Shown here: positions 38,193-49,172 of the stretch, in pieces
Layout of the letters: the number at the start of each line of letters is the position of its first letter
Position numbering within the stretch: position 1 is the first letter of the stretch
DNA from: Bacteroidota bacterium
GTDB taxonomy: Bacteria > Bacteroidota > Ignavibacteria > UBA10030 > SZUA-254
Assembly: GCA_049515655.1 (NCBI GenBank)
Contig: JBEKTW010000005.1
Span: 22,721 to 86,720 of the forward strand
Length of the DNA: 64,000 nucleotides
Direction: 5' to 3'
Notes under the pieces: model-generated
Seen by the model: the letters and a program-made list of their open reading frames with translations, nothing else
Told to the model about the DNA's origin: nothing
The model's database searches: none
Translations under genes and position numbers: made by a program

Positions 38193-39386
38193 ATGACTGA
38201 AACTGAGAAAATCGACCTTTCGAAACTGAAAATCAATCGTGAAGAGGGTCGGGCGAGCGTAACATTGACGCGAAAGCGTGGAACATTCGGATTGTACGCC
38301 GCGGGCGTCGTAATTGCTTCCCTGGCGGTTTTCTTTTTGTTCAGGAACAGCTTTGGGCGGGAGGAGGTTGTTGAACTCACTTCCGCCGCTATGATTTCTC
38401 CTGCGCAGGCAAACGCACTCCTCACCGCGAGCGGCTATGTCGTCGCTCAGCGAAAAGCTGCCATCGCTTCGAAAGCGACCGGCAGGCTCGTTTCCCTTGA
38501 TTTTGTGGAGGGAGATCGAGTCAAGAAGGGCCAGATCATAGCACGCATCGAAAGCGCCGACGTCGAGGCAGCCTTGACACAGGCACGTGCGAACCTCGAG
38601 GCGGTGAAAGCCGAACGCAACGACGCCCAGAGTTCACTGGAGCGCGCAAAAAGTCTGATGGCTCAAAAACTCATCTCACAGGCCGATCTTGACGCCGCCC
38701 AGTGGCGATACGACCGCGTGGTCGCCTCGATCGATGCTGCAGAAGCGGGAATGAAAGCCGCTGAGGTGCAGGTCGAGAATACACTTATCCGGGCCCCGTT
38801 CGACGGGACCATCCTGACGAAGAACGCGGACGTCGGTGAGGTTGTTGCGCCGTTTGGTGCGGGAGCGAGCTCCAAAGTCGCCGTTGTCACTATCGCGGAC
38901 ATGTCGTCGCTCGAAGTGGAAGCCGATGTGTCAGAATCGAACATCGAGAAAATCACGACCAACCAGCCATGCGAAATTGTCCTCGATGCATATCCTGACC
39001 GGCAATACGGAGGGAACGTCGACAAGATCGTGCCGACGGCAGACCGCGCAAAGGCGACAGTGTTGGTAAAAATAAAATTTGCTGGCCGTGATGCGCGGGT
39101 ACTGCCGGAAATGAGCGCGAAGGTTCACTTCCTTTCGAAAGATTCAAAGGAACAGGTACAAACGAAAGCCAAACTGATCGTCGAGAATGCCGCCATCGGT
39201 GCACGGGACGGGAAAAAGGTCGTTTTTGTATTCAGGGATTATACCGTGTCAGAAGTACCCGTCCAGACAGGAGAAACATTCGGGAGCATGGTCGAAATTC
39301 TCAGCGGTATCTCCGCCGGCGACAAAGTAGTATTGAAGCCGTCTGAAAACCTCCATTCGGGCTCAAGAGTAAAACTCAAAGAGTAA
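38193..39386 (+). CDS. efflux transporter periplasmic adaptor (HlyD/MacA-like membrane fusion protein)
   Basis: N-terminal TM segment, then a coiled-coil and a beta-barrel. The lipoyl-like motif IIARIESADVEAAL is present. Confidence 0.85.
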   Translation: MTETEKIDLSKLKINREEGRASVTLTRKRGTFGLYAAGVVIASLAVFFLFRNSFGREEVVELTSAAMISPAQANALLTASGYVVAQRKAAIASKATGRLVSLDFVEGDRVKKGQIIARIESADVEAALTQARANLEAVKAERNDAQSSLERAKSLMAQKLISQADLDAAQWRYDRVVASIDAAEAGMKAAEVQVENTLIRAPFDGTILTKNADVGEVVAPFGAGASSKVAVVTIADMSSLEVEADVSESNIEKITTNQPCEIVLDAYPDRQYGGNVDKIVPTADRAKATVLVKIKFAGRDARVLPEMSAKVHFLSKDSKEQVQTKAKLIVENAAIGARDGKKVVFVFRDYTVSEVPVQTGETFGSMVEILSGISAGDKVVLKPSENLHSGSRVKLKE

Positions 39387-39454
39387 GCGGAAACAGGCGA
39401 TGGGTCCTCATCGCCCCCGCACCGTCACTATCAACCTATGAAAGTCCGTTCAAC

Positions 39455-40123
39455 ATGTCCTTAATCTCCATTCAAACTCTTTCGAAATCCTACTGGAGGG
39501 ATTCCCTGGAAATCCCGGTCTTGAACAATATCTCGTTTGAGATACCCGAAGGTGAATTTCTGGGACTCATGGGTCCCTCGGGCTCGGGCAAGACCACACT
39601 CTTGAATCTCATCGCGGGAATCGACAGGCCGACGAAGGGGGCGATCAAAGTTTCCGATACCGATATCACGACTCTGAACGAATCAGACCTCGCGAAATGG
39701 CGCGCGCGTCACGTAGGATTCATCTTCCAGTTCTATAATCTCCTTCCTGTGTTGACGGCATTTGAGAATGTGGAATTGCCGCTGTTGCTCTCCAAGCTTT
39801 CGAAGAAGGAGCGTAAGGAACACGTGGAGTTCGTGCTCAAGGTCGTGGGCCTGGAGGATCGCATTCATCACTATCCGAGGCAACTCTCAGGGGGACAGGA
39901 GCAACGCGTGGCGATAGCCCGCGCCATCGTCACCGACCCGATTTTCCTTGTCGCTGACGAGCCGACGGGCGATCTGGATCGTGTGTCGGCAGAGGAGATT
40001 CTCAAATTGCTCGAGCGGCTTAATTCCGAATTCAAAAAAACGATTGTCATGGTCACGCACGACCCGCGCGCCGCAGAAAAAGCACACAAGTTGAGACATC
40101 TTGACAAGGGCGAATTGTTCTAA
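39455..40123 (+). CDS. ABC transporter ATP-binding protein (MacB/LolD-like)
   Basis: Walker [10 protein letters not shown], the signature LSGGQEQR and Walker [11 protein letters not shown] are all present. Confidence 0.9.
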   Translation: MSLISIQTLSKSYWRDSLEIPVLNNISFEIPEGEFLGLMGPSGSGKTTLLNLIAGIDRPTKGAIKVSDTDITTLNESDLAKWRARHVGFIFQFYNLLPVLTAFENVELPLLLSKLSKKERKEHVEFVLKVVGLEDRIHHYPRQLSGGQEQRVAIARAIVTDPIFLVADEPTGDLDRVSAEEILKLLERLNSEFKKTIVMVTHDPRAAEKAHKLRHLDKGELF

Positions 40124-40132
40124 GAGTTACGC

Positions 40133-41299
40133 ATGCACGTCTTCAAACTCATCCTGAAAAACACGCTTCGCCACAAGCTGCGATCCTTCCTCACCATCGT
40201 CGGCATCAGCATTGCCGTCATGGCGTTTGGATTTATGCGGACCGTCATTACCGCGTGGTATGCCGGAGTTGAAGCCTCCTCAGTGAACAGAATGATCACC
40301 CGCCATTCCGTTTCGTTCATTTTCCCTCTGCCTCTCTCCTATCGCGACCAGATAGCCAGAGTCCCCGGAGTCACACAGGTGTCCTACGCCAACTGGTTCG
40401 GCGGCGTCTACAAAGATGCTTCCGACTGGAAGAACTTCTTTCCACGAATCGGGATCGACCCGGAGACCTACATTGACATGTATCCGGAGTTCCTGGTGAC
40501 GGGCGACGAGCTCGCGGCATTTCAAAAAGACCGAAACACCTGCCTTATCGGCGCAAAGCTGGCACAGCAACTGGACTTCAAGATCGGCGACATCATCCCG
40601 ATCGACGGCGATATTTATCCCGGAAAATGGGAATTCGTCGTCCGCGGCATCTACCACGGCAAGGACAAATCCACCGATGAGACACAGATGTTGTTCCAGT
40701 GGAAATACCTCGACGAGCAGGTCAAACAACGCCAGCCGGGGAGAGAAGGCCAGGTCGGCTGGTACATCCTGAAGGTGCAGAATCCAAGTGACATGTCAAT
40801 TGTGGCGAAGGCAGTCGACGATATGTTCAAGAACTCACCTGCGGCGACCAAGACGGAAACGGAAAAGGAGTTTCAACAGAGCTTTGTCTCCATGTCGAGC
40901 GCCATTATTACCTCGATGAAAGTGATTTCGTTTGTCATCATCGGCATCATTCTTCTTGTGCTCGCGAACACGATCGTGATGTCGGCGCGTGAGCGAACGC
41001 GGGAGTACGCGGTTTTGAAATCGCTCGGTTTCTCTGCGTTTCACATCGTCGGATTGATCGGGGGAGAGTCGATGCTGCTGGCATGCTCGGGCGGCGCACT
41101 GGGATTGGCGCTGCTCTTTCCGGTTACCCGCGGGTTTGCAAATGTGTTTCCGGCCTTCTTCCCGATATTCAACGTCGAGATCATCACCATCGTACTGTCG
41201 GTGGCCACTGCAGTTGTGTCCGGCATTATCGCCGCAGTCTTTCCGACAATCAATACCCTCCGGACGAAAACTGTCGACGGCCTGCGGGCAATAGGATGA
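40133..41299 (+). CDS. ABC transporter permease (FtsX/MacB-like, first of two)
   Basis: 388 aa with an N-terminal TM segment, a large periplasmic domain and a C-terminal FtsX-like 3-TM bundle. Confidence 0.8.
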   Translation: MHVFKLILKNTLRHKLRSFLTIVGISIAVMAFGFMRTVITAWYAGVEASSVNRMITRHSVSFIFPLPLSYRDQIARVPGVTQVSYANWFGGVYKDASDWKNFFPRIGIDPETYIDMYPEFLVTGDELAAFQKDRNTCLIGAKLAQQLDFKIGDIIPIDGDIYPGKWEFVVRGIYHGKDKSTDETQMLFQWKYLDEQVKQRQPGREGQVGWYILKVQNPSDMSIVAKAVDDMFKNSPAATKTETEKEFQQSFVSMSSAIITSMKVISFVIIGIILLVLANTIVMSARERTREYAVLKSLGFSAFHIVGLIGGESMLLACSGGALGLALLFPVTRGFANVFPAFFPIFNVEIITIVLSVATAVVSGIIAAVFPTINTLRTKTVDGLRAIG

Positions 41300-41308
41300 G
41301 ATGACCGA

Positions 41309-42478
41309 ATGAAAATTCCAATCTCCTATATCTGGCGAAGCGTTTGGGTTCGGCGGCTCACGACGGTACTCACCCTGGGCGGTATCGCGCTGGTGGTATT
41401 CGTCTTTGCGGCCGTCCTCATGCTTGCCCACGGTCTCGAAAAAACGCTGGTCGACACAGGCAGCGACGACAACGTGATCGTTCTGCGCCGCTCCGCATCC
41501 ACCGAGGTCGTCAGCCAGATCGGCCGTGACGCTGCAAATATCATAAAGGTACAGCCCGAAGTCGCACTCCTCCCCGACGGAAAGCCGGTTGCCTCTACCG
41601 AGGTGTACGTCATCATCAATTTGCTGAAAAAAGAGAGCAATGACATGGGCAACATTTCCGTCCGCGGCATATCACCTGCGGCGATGCAGTTGCGGCAGCA
41701 GGTAAAACTCATCTCCGGCAAAATGTTTCAACCGGGCACGCATGAGATCATCGTCGGGAGCAGCATCGCGAAACGATTCCAGGATTGCGAGGTCGGCAAG
41801 CAGTTGAGATTCGGGGGCGACGTCTGGACGATCGTGGGTATCTTCACCGGAGAAGGAAGTTCGTTCGACTCGGAAATATGGGGCGATGTCGAGCAATTCA
41901 TGCCGGCATTCGGCAGACCGGTCTTCTCATCCATGACGGTACGCCTCAGAAGCGCGAATGACTTCCAGAGCTTGAAAGACCGAGTGGCGGGGGATCCGCG
42001 GACCCAATATGTCGAGCTCAAACATGAGAAGAAGTATTATCAGGAGCAATCGCAGTTGATGTCCGATTTCATCAAGGGTCTCGGACTCATCGTGACGATC
42101 ATTTTCAGCGTCGGAGCAATCATCGGAGCAATGATCACTATGTATGCGGCAGTGGCGAACCGAACTGTCGAAATCGGCACTCTCCGGGCGCTCGGATTCC
42201 GGCGAAGGAACGTGCTCGGAGCATTTCTCATAGAGTCCATTCTGGTTTCAGTCTTTGGAGGATGCGCCGGCATAGCATTGGCCTCACTCATGTCGTTCGT
42301 CAATATCTCGACCATAAATTGGGGAACATTCTCGGAATTGGCATTCGGATTTGCGCTCTCTCCGGGGATCATATTGAGGTCGTTGATCTTTTCGATTATC
42401 ATGGGAGTTGTCGGCGGATTTCTGCCGGCAGTGCGCGCCTCCCGGTTGAACATCGTAAATGCCCTCCGGGCTTCGTGA
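41309..42478 (+). CDS. ABC transporter permease (FtsX/MacB-like, second of two)
   Basis: 389 aa. It is a paralog of the previous permease with the same topology. Confidence 0.8.
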   Translation: MKIPISYIWRSVWVRRLTTVLTLGGIALVVFVFAAVLMLAHGLEKTLVDTGSDDNVIVLRRSASTEVVSQIGRDAANIIKVQPEVALLPDGKPVASTEVYVIINLLKKESNDMGNISVRGISPAAMQLRQQVKLISGKMFQPGTHEIIVGSSIAKRFQDCEVGKQLRFGGDVWTIVGIFTGEGSSFDSEIWGDVEQFMPAFGRPVFSSMTVRLRSANDFQSLKDRVAGDPRTQYVELKHEKKYYQEQSQLMSDFIKGLGLIVTIIFSVGAIIGAMITMYAAVANRTVEIGTLRALGFRRRNVLGAFLIESILVSVFGGCAGIALASLMSFVNISTINWGTFSELAFGFALSPGIILRSLIFSIIMGVVGGFLPAVRASRLNIVNALRAS

Positions 42479-42558
42479 AACCGTTTTTGCGGGAGACCAA
42501 TCTTTTTCGTATATTTTGACTCAGCGAATTCAGGATTTTAACAGGAATTGGGGTAGCA

Positions 42559-42750
42559 ATGGCAAAAATTTGTGAAATCTGTGGGAAAAGACCCGTTAGC
42601 GGAAACAACATCAGCCACGCGCACAACAGAACGCGGAGGCGGTGGCTTCCAAACCTGCAGAGCGTCCGTGCCGAGGTGAACGGACGTACGCAGCGCATGC
42701 GGGTTTGCACTACCTGCATCAAGCAAGGTAAGGTTATAAAGGCAGTTTAA
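42559..42750 (+). CDS. rpmB: 50S ribosomal protein L28
   Basis: 63 aa. [29 protein letters not shown] matches the bL28 pattern. Confidence 0.85.
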   Translation: MAKICEICGKRPVSGNNISHAHNRTRRRWLPNLQSVRAEVNGRTQRMRVCTTCIKQGKVIKAV

Positions 42751-42940
42751 TCATAGCGCTGAAGGACCTCATGTCCCTGCCTCTTTCCGCCTCCGGTGGG
42801 TGACAGTCACGGTCCTTCATGAAGGTGAGCGTCTCATGCCCAACTCTGCATTCGGGGTTGGGCGTTGTCGTTTCTGGCCGAGACGATTATTTGGCAAATC
42901 ACTCCAAAAAATCGTAAATTGAGGAAACTGTCGTCACTCT

Positions 42941-43552
42941 ATGTCAATCCCAAACTCGCTCACAGTAATCCGCATCGTTCTCACACCGGTGTTCCTCCTC
43001 CTTCTCTTTTCAGAATCGTCACTCTGGAAACAGATCTCACTGGTTGTGTACGTCTTTGCCGCGTTGACCGACTGGTACGATGGATGGGTTGCCCGGAAAT
43101 ACGGCTACGTTTCACGGTGGGGAAGGTTTCTTGATCCTTTGGCCGACAAGATTCTCGCCGCAGCGGCTCTCTTCTCATTTGCATATTTGAACCTCGTGGC
43201 CGTATGGATGGTGTGGATCATCGTCGCGCGAGATTTCCTGATCACAGGCCTGAGAAGCTTCGCCGAGTGGAAAGACCAGCCCATCGTAACCTCCAAGACG
43301 GCACAGGCGAAAACGTTCGGTGAATTCATCGTCATCTACTACATCCTCATTCTCTATGTCGCTCAAAACGTACCCGTCGTTTATAACGATTTCAAGTCCT
43401 GGATCGATTCATTGATGCATCCCCAGGTTCTCTTTGGCATGATGCTTCTTGTGACCATATCGACCATCGGAACGGGTATTCTGTACCTGTTCGACAACAG
43501 GAAATTTCTTCGCGAAATCTATGTCCGAACTGCAGGAACAGCGAAGCAATAA
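42941..43552 (+). CDS. pgsA: CDP-diacylglycerol--glycerol-3-phosphate 3-phosphatidyltransferase
   Basis: The CDP-alcohol phosphatidyltransferase motif DGWVAR...G...LDPLADK is present. The protein is predicted to be multi-TM. Confidence 0.85.
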   Translation: MSIPNSLTVIRIVLTPVFLLLLFSESSLWKQISLVVYVFAALTDWYDGWVARKYGYVSRWGRFLDPLADKILAAAALFSFAYLNLVAVWMVWIIVARDFLITGLRSFAEWKDQPIVTSKTAQAKTFGEFIVIYYILILYVAQNVPVVYNDFKSWIDSLMHPQVLFGMMLLVTISTIGTGILYLFDNRKFLREIYVRTAGTAKQ

Positions 43553-44015
43553 CCCGCCGGTATCGTTCCCGACGCGTTTTCTCGCGACCGGTTTCTTTGC
43601 GGGCTACTCGCCTGTGATTCCCGGAACCGCCGGGAGCCTCGTCGGCCTTCTCCTCTATGCCCTTCCAGGCATGGAAAACACGCTCACCCTCGGCGCCGCC
43701 TCCCTGGTCATGCTCCTCGTCGGCACGTTCGTTTCGGCGAAAATGGAGAAACGTTACGGTGAAGATCCGTCCATCGTCGTGATCGACGAAGTTGTGGGAA
43801 TGTGGATTTCGCTTCTGACCCTCCCCAAGAATCTCGTCGTCGCCCTGATGGCATTTGTCTGGTTCCGCGTGTACGATACGATCAAACCCTCACCAGCCCG
43901 GCAACTCGAACGATTGCAGCACGGATGGGGAATCATGCTTGATGACGTCGCGGCAGGGATCTACGCAAATGTCACCGTGAGAATCATCCTCCTCCTGTTC
44001 CCGAGAATCATTTGA
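43521..44015 (+). CDS. pgpA: phosphatidylglycerophosphatase A
   Basis: PgpA-like, with GTAGS...YDTIKP. It overlaps the end of pgsA. Confidence 0.75.
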   Translation: MSELQEQRSNNPPVSFPTRFLATGFFAGYSPVIPGTAGSLVGLLLYALPGMENTLTLGAASLVMLLVGTFVSAKMEKRYGEDPSIVVIDEVVGMWISLLTLPKNLVVALMAFVWFRVYDTIKPSPARQLERLQHGWGIMLDDVAAGIYANVTVRIILLLFPRII

Positions 44016-44055
44016 TGCCATTCAGATGAGTATCCAAGCGGGGAACTGATCGTCC

Positions 44056-45297
44056 ATGCGAGCTGAGATCATTGCAATTGGCGACGAGCTGCTCATCGGG
44101 CAGGTCGTCAACACCAACGCTGCGTTCATAGCACAACAACTGAATGCTGTGGGGATAGCCATCCTCCGGACGACTACGGTCGGCGACGATGAAGACGAAA
44201 TCCTGAAAGCGTTTCAAGGGAGCATCGAAAATGCCGACATCACAATCGTCACCGGCGGACTAGGCCCCACCCACGACGACATCACCAAGAAAACCATCTG
44301 CGGATTCTTCGAAACCGACCTGACAATGAATCAGGAAGTACTTCTCAATATCAGGGAACTGCTGCAACGCCGCAACGTCCTTCCGACGAAAATGGTGGAA
44401 GAGCAGGCTCTCGTTCCCCGCATTGCTTCCGTCATTCGTAACGAACTCGGGACGGCACCCGGGCTGTTCATCGAGCAGAATCACAGGTATTTTTTTGCCC
44501 TCCCCGGCGTCCCTCACGAAATGGAGCGCATGGTCGACAATTTCATTGTTCCATTGCTCCGGTCGAAGCGAAGCGGCCTGGCAATTCTCCACCGCACTCT
44601 CAGCACGACAGGCATTCCCGAATCGGCCCTGGCGGAGAAGTTGGGAGATCTTGCGGCGCTTCTCGGCAACGCAAAGCTCGCATTTCTTCCATCCACCTCC
44701 GGGGTGCGTCTGCGCATCACCGTTGTGGACAAGCACGAACGCGCTGCCGCGGAACTGATCGATGAGGTAGAATCGCGCATCCGGACAAAGGTTGGGAAGT
44801 ACATCTATGGCGTTGACGATGAAACGCTCGAACAATGCATCGGCGCCATCCTCGTCGCACGTCATCTTCGACTGGCGGTCGCCGAGTCATGTACAGGAGG
44901 ACTTATTGCTCACCGGTTGACGAACGTTTCCGGAAGTTCACGATATTTCGACCGTGCTGTTATTGCGTACAGCAATCAAGCGAAGGTCGACAATTTGAAT
45001 GTTCCCCCGGAATCCATCGAAGCCCATGGGGCCGTCAGCAAGGAGGTAGCCGAGGCAATGGCTTCTGGAATCCGGCAGGTTGCCCGCACCGACATTGGCA
45101 TATCCACCACCGGGATCGCCGGGCCCACCGGAGGGACACCGGAGAAACCGGTCGGGCTTGCCTGGATCGGTTATTCCGACCGGCAGGAGACGATGGCCAT
45201 AAAATGTCAGTTTGGTTATGGCCGCCTTCAAATTAAAGAACGAACGGCCCAAGCCGCCCTGGATCTCATCAGGAGAAAACTCCTTCAACTGGTTTAG
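44056..45297 (+). CDS. cinA: competence/damage-inducible protein CinA (MoCF-binding domain plus nicotinamide-nucleotide amidohydrolase domain)
   Basis: MRAEIIAIGDELLIGQVVNTNAAFI, and the C-terminal CinA domain AESCTGGL. Confidence 0.9.
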   Translation: MRAEIIAIGDELLIGQVVNTNAAFIAQQLNAVGIAILRTTTVGDDEDEILKAFQGSIENADITIVTGGLGPTHDDITKKTICGFFETDLTMNQEVLLNIRELLQRRNVLPTKMVEEQALVPRIASVIRNELGTAPGLFIEQNHRYFFALPGVPHEMERMVDNFIVPLLRSKRSGLAILHRTLSTTGIPESALAEKLGDLAALLGNAKLAFLPSTSGVRLRITVVDKHERAAAELIDEVESRIRTKVGKYIYGVDDETLEQCIGAILVARHLRLAVAESCTGGLIAHRLTNVSGSSRYFDRAVIAYSNQAKVDNLNVPPESIEAHGAVSKEVAEAMASGIRQVARTDIGISTTGIAGPTGGTPEKPVGLAWIGYSDRQETMAIKCQFGYGRLQIKERTAQAALDLIRRKLLQLV

Positions 45298-45305
45298 AAC
45301 CTCCT

Positions 45306-45872
45306 ATGCCTTCGATTCGCACATTTATCGCCATTGAAACACCCGGACCGATTCGGAAGGACATCCTCAGTCTCCAGGATCGGCTTAAGCGGTCGGGCGC
45401 GGATGTCCGCTGGGAACCTGAAGACAAATTCCACGCGACGGTAAAATTCTTGGGGGATGTCGATGAAACCGCTTTGCCAGGCATTCTCACGAAAATCGAG
45501 ACAGTTGTCGTCCAGCATCGCGCGTGTGAAGTTATTTTTGAGAAGCTGGGATGCTTTCCAGACAATAAGCGCCCGCGCGTGGTGTGGGTCGGATGCTCGA
45601 ATCCCGACGGCAAACTCGAAGCACTCAAGTCAATGCTGGACAACGAGTTGCGAGTATTCGGCTTTGAGATCGAGTCACGTCCATTCCGGCCGCATATCAC
45701 TCTGGGTCGCATCAAGAGCCAAAATGGAATTGAACACTTGATTTCAATACTAGAAAACCTTACCTTTGAACCGCACGCCTCGGTCGTGAACAAGATTTTC
45801 GTCATGAAGAGCATGCTGAAACCCAAAGGGTCGGAGTACTCCGTCCTGCAAACAATTCAATTAAACCGTTAG
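45306..45872 (+). CDS. thpR: RNA 2',3'-cyclic phosphodiesterase (2H phosphoesterase family, LigT/ThpR)
   Basis: Two H-x-T/S-x motifs are present (HATVKFLG and HITLGRI). Confidence 0.8.
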   Translation: MPSIRTFIAIETPGPIRKDILSLQDRLKRSGADVRWEPEDKFHATVKFLGDVDETALPGILTKIETVVVQHRACEVIFEKLGCFPDNKRPRVVWVGCSNPDGKLEALKSMLDNELRVFGFEIESRPFRPHITLGRIKSQNGIEHLISILENLTFEPHASVVNKIFVMKSMLKPKGSEYSVLQTIQLNR

Positions 45873-45885
45873 TTAGGATATTTCC

Positions 45886-46290
45886 TTGAAATCCCCGAAG
45901 AAAACAAAATCGGAGAGCAAAACAGTTTTGTTGATCGACGACGAGCGCGATTGGTTGTCCTCGATGTCGGAGGCGCTCCGGAAAGAGCCGTACAGATTGG
46001 TGATTGCGGACAGCGGTGAATCAGCGCTGAAGAAGCTGAAGGAGATCAAACCGGATTTGATCCTGAGTGATGTCCGGATGCCTGTTATGAACGGTTTCGA
46101 CCTCTACGAACGGGTGCGGCGAGACCCGAAGTTAAAGCTCATTCCATATGTGTTCATGTCATCGATTGACGATTATGACGCCATCCATGTCGCCAAGGAA
46201 CTCGGCGCGGACGACTATGTCACGAAACCGTTTGACGATGAAGACGCTAAGAATATCGTTTCAAACCTGTTAACTCGTTTTAGTAAATAA
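45886..46290 (+). CDS. stand-alone response-regulator receiver domain protein (CheY-like)
   Basis: LLIDDE...[17 protein letters not shown]...K carries the conserved receiver-domain Asp and Lys. 134 aa. Confidence 0.8.
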   Translation: MKSPKKTKSESKTVLLIDDERDWLSSMSEALRKEPYRLVIADSGESALKKLKEIKPDLILSDVRMPVMNGFDLYERVRRDPKLKLIPYVFMSSIDDYDAIHVAKELGADDYVTKPFDDEDAKNIVSNLLTRFSK

Positions 46291-46306
46291 TAAGGGAGGT
46301 AACGTT

Positions 46307-47392
46307 ATGCCAGTAGAATCGAACAAAGAATCGCGTTTGCAGGCACTGCGCATTGCAGTGGAGCAAATCGAAAAGCAGCACGGTAAAGGAGCCATCATGC
46401 GATTGAGCGAGGGTCCGATCGCAAAAATCGACTTCATTTCAACCGGCGCAATTTCACTTGACGCCGCGGTCGGCATTGGCGGCATTCCGCGCGGACGTGT
46501 CACGGAGATTTTCGGGCCGGAATCGTCCGGCAAGACAACCATCTGTCTGCACGTCATCGCCGAAGCGCAGAAAAAGGACGGCATCGCCGCATTCATCGAC
46601 ACCGAACATGCACTCGACATTGCCTATGCAAAGAGATTGGGGGTCGATGTCAACAACTTGCTTCTCTCCCAGCCGGAATTCGGCGAACAGGCGCTCGAGA
46701 TCGTGGAAACGCTCGTTCGCAGCGGGGCGCTGGATGTCATCGTCATCGATTCGGTTGCCGCGTTGACACCGCGCGCCGAAATCGAAGGCGAAATGGGCGA
46801 CCCGTCGATGGGCGTCCAGGCACGATTGATGTCCCAGGCACTCCGGAAACTGACCGCCGCGATCAGCAAGTCGAAAACGAGCGTCATGTTCACGAACCAA
46901 TTGCGGCAAAAAATCGGCGTCATGTTTGGAAATCCCGAGACGACAACCGGCGGCAACGCATTGAAGTTCTATGCTTCCGTCCGCCTCGACGTCCGGCGTA
47001 TCGAAGCGCTGAAAGACGGGCAGAGCGTTGTTGGAAATCGCGTCAGGGTGAAGGTGGTCAAGAATAAGGTGGCCCCACCCTTCAAAGAGGCGCAATTCGA
47101 CGTGCTGTATAATGAAGGCATCTCAAAAATTGGAGACCTCATCGACGTCGCCGTCGAACAAAACGTCATCACAAAGAGCGGCTCGTGGTTCGCCTACAAA
47201 GACGAGCGCATCGGCCAGGGACGTGATGCGGTAAAGAAATATCTGCAGGAGAACGCCAAGCTTGCCAGTGAAATCGACGTGATTATCCGGAAAAAACTTG
47301 GACTCATCGAAGATGCCGTCCAGGAAAAAGAAGGAAAGGCAGCCCCGCCGAAACCGGAGGTACAAGCCGTAAAGAAACCGGTCAAGGCGTAG
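46307..47392 (+). CDS. recA: recombinase RecA
   Basis: Canonical RecA over its full length ([16 protein letters not shown]). Confidence 0.97.
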   Translation: MPVESNKESRLQALRIAVEQIEKQHGKGAIMRLSEGPIAKIDFISTGAISLDAAVGIGGIPRGRVTEIFGPESSGKTTICLHVIAEAQKKDGIAAFIDTEHALDIAYAKRLGVDVNNLLLSQPEFGEQALEIVETLVRSGALDVIVIDSVAALTPRAEIEGEMGDPSMGVQARLMSQALRKLTAAISKSKTSVMFTNQLRQKIGVMFGNPETTTGGNALKFYASVRLDVRRIEALKDGQSVVGNRVRVKVVKNKVAPPFKEAQFDVLYNEGISKIGDLIDVAVEQNVITKSGSWFAYKDERIGQGRDAVKKYLQENAKLASEIDVIIRKKLGLIEDAVQEKEGKAAPPKPEVQAVKKPVKA

Positions 47393-47411
47393 CCGCCACC
47401 GTGCCGCTCTC

Positions 47412-48089
47412 ATGGTCGTTACGAACATCGAACGCCAGAAGCGCCGTCCAAAGAGAGTGAATGTTTACATCGACGGCGAATTTGCCGTCGGACTGCACGA
47501 AGATGTACTCTTTAAGTTCGGTTTACGCAAGGGAGACAACGTCGACCGCGAAACCCTGGTCAGCATCGAATCAGCGGAGGAATCCCATTTTGCAAAAGAA
47601 AAAGCTCTGAGGTTCATCGGGTATCGCTCCCGCAGCGAGAAAGAGCTGCGCTCGAAGCTTCGTGAAAAGCAATTTCACCCGCAGGTAATCGAAGATACCG
47701 TCCGTTATCTCAGGGAAAATCGTTTTCTCGACGATGAGGCATTCGCCCGTTCGTTCGTGAAGGACGCACTCCTGCGAAAACCCACGGGACGGCTTCTCCT
47801 GCGACGGCAGCTTCGTCTAAAAGGCATTGACACCGGGATAATCGAGGAGGTACTCGACGAGCTTGTTCCACAGCACGATGAAGACACGCTTGCGATCGAG
47901 GCGGCATCGACTCTTCTGAAGCGGTTCCGGGCGTCACGAAAGAAAATTGACCGGGAGAAACAACGCGCGCGCCTTGCGAGTTTGCTTGCGCGAAGAGGAT
48001 TCGGATGGCCAACCATCCATGCCGTCCTGAGAAGAGTTCTTAAACCCGGTGCCCAGACCTCCGACGAGGATGAAGGGGTGAATCGGTGA
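47412..48089 (+). CDS. recX: regulatory protein RecX
   Basis: A helical-repeat protein lying immediately downstream of recA. 225 aa. Confidence 0.8.
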   Translation: MVVTNIERQKRRPKRVNVYIDGEFAVGLHEDVLFKFGLRKGDNVDRETLVSIESAEESHFAKEKALRFIGYRSRSEKELRSKLREKQFHPQVIEDTVRYLRENRFLDDEAFARSFVKDALLRKPTGRLLLRRQLRLKGIDTGIIEEVLDELVPQHDEDTLAIEAASTLLKRFRASRKKIDREKQRARLASLLARRGFGWPTIHAVLRRVLKPGAQTSDEDEGVNR

Positions 48090-48346
48090 GTGAGGGAAAC
48101 GGGGAATGGAGTAATGGATGGATGGAGTGATGGAGGATTGAGGTGATAGAGTAGTTGGGATGATGAATGGGAGAAGGGGTGAAGCGGTGAGTGGGAGAAG
48201 CCAACGGCCAAGAGCCAAGAGCTAAAGGCTAAAGGCCAATGGCTAGGAGCACGAAGCAGGATGCAAGAACCAGTGACTAATGAGCAATGACCAATGACAA
48301 AGAACTAGCAACAAAGAACCAATAACCAAGAACCAGCAACCAGGTA
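48090..48346 (+). repeat. copy 3 of the purine-rich intergenic repeat family, running from the stop codon to the start codon
   Basis: It shares ggggtgaagcggtgag, aatgaccaatgacaaaga and aaccaagaacca with copies 1 and 2. It ends 2 nt before the ATG at 48347. Confidence 0.75.
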
Positions 48347-49027
48347 TTGACGATGTCACATGTCGTTTTCGATATCGAAACCCTCGGCTTTCCCATCGAA
48401 TCGTTCGATGAGGTCCAACAGGAGTACTTGCTAAAATTCGCGGATTCGGACGAGAAGCGGGAAACGGAGATTCAGAAACTCAATTTGTATCCCCTGACCG
48501 CGCAGATCATCGCAATCGGGATGCTGAATCCCGAAACCAACGCCGGCAAAGTCTTCTACCAGGCAGATGTCTCCGAACAGTTCTCCTCCGACGACGGCAA
48601 GGTCGAATTCGTCTCGGGCGATGAACAGCAAGTCCTGAAGCTCTTCTGGGAAAGTGTCCAGCGCTACGACCAGTTTATCACGTTCAACGGCCGGTCTTTC
48701 GACTGTCCGTTTCTCATGCTGCGCTCTGCCATCGCAGGGATCAAACCGACACGCAACCTCCTTCCCTACCGGTACGACGCGGCCATCCACTGCGACCTCC
48801 TGGAACAGCTTACGTTTTACGGGGCGTTCAGGAAATTCAATCTGGACTTCTATTGCAAGGCCTTCGGGATCAAAAGTCCAAAGAGCGAGGGGATCACCGG
48901 ACTCGGCCTCGGACCACTCTTTCGCGAAGGCAAGTTCAGGGAAATTGCAAAGTACTGCCTTGGAGATATCCAGGCGACTGCTGAGTTGTTCCGGCGGTGG
49001 GAGAAGTTCCTTAATGTTAAGAATTGA
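48347..49027 (+). CDS. predicted RNase H-like 3'-5' exonuclease (related to the PolB exonuclease domain, COG3298-like)
   Basis: VVFDIETLG at the N-terminus, with further acidic motifs downstream. 226 aa. Confidence 0.65.
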   Translation: MTMSHVVFDIETLGFPIESFDEVQQEYLLKFADSDEKRETEIQKLNLYPLTAQIIAIGMLNPETNAGKVFYQADVSEQFSSDDGKVEFVSGDEQQVLKLFWESVQRYDQFITFNGRSFDCPFLMLRSAIAGIKPTRNLLPYRYDAAIHCDLLEQLTFYGAFRKFNLDFYCKAFGIKSPKSEGITGLGLGPLFREGKFREIAKYCLGDIQATAELFRRWEKFLNVKN

Positions 49028-49039
49028 ATAGCCCATCGT

Positions 49040-49140
49040 AGATCTGGGAGGTTTCAGGTTCGAGGTTTCAGGTTGCAGGTTACAGGATATAGGTGTCAGG
49101 TTGCATTGTCAGCAAAAATTTTTGCTTTTTAATTTTTAAT
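49040..49140 (+). repeat. tandem hexamer (caggtt) tract, followed by an AT-rich palindrome agcaaaaatttttgct and three copies of ttttaatt
   Basis: gtttcaggttcgaggtttcaggttgcaggttacagg...gtcaggttgc. The reverse complement resembles the aacc(a/t)g motifs of the purine-rich repeat family. Confidence 0.6.
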
Positions 49141-49172
49141 TTTTAATTATCGCATGCCATTACCGGATTGTT

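Noticed and set aside
42751-42940. An inverted repeat ctgaaggacc...ggtccttcatgaagg lies downstream of rpmB and could be a terminator or a regulatory RNA
   Set aside because: The stem is plausible but lacks a T-tract. It is probably just an rpmB 3' hairpin. There is no supporting repetition elsewhere.
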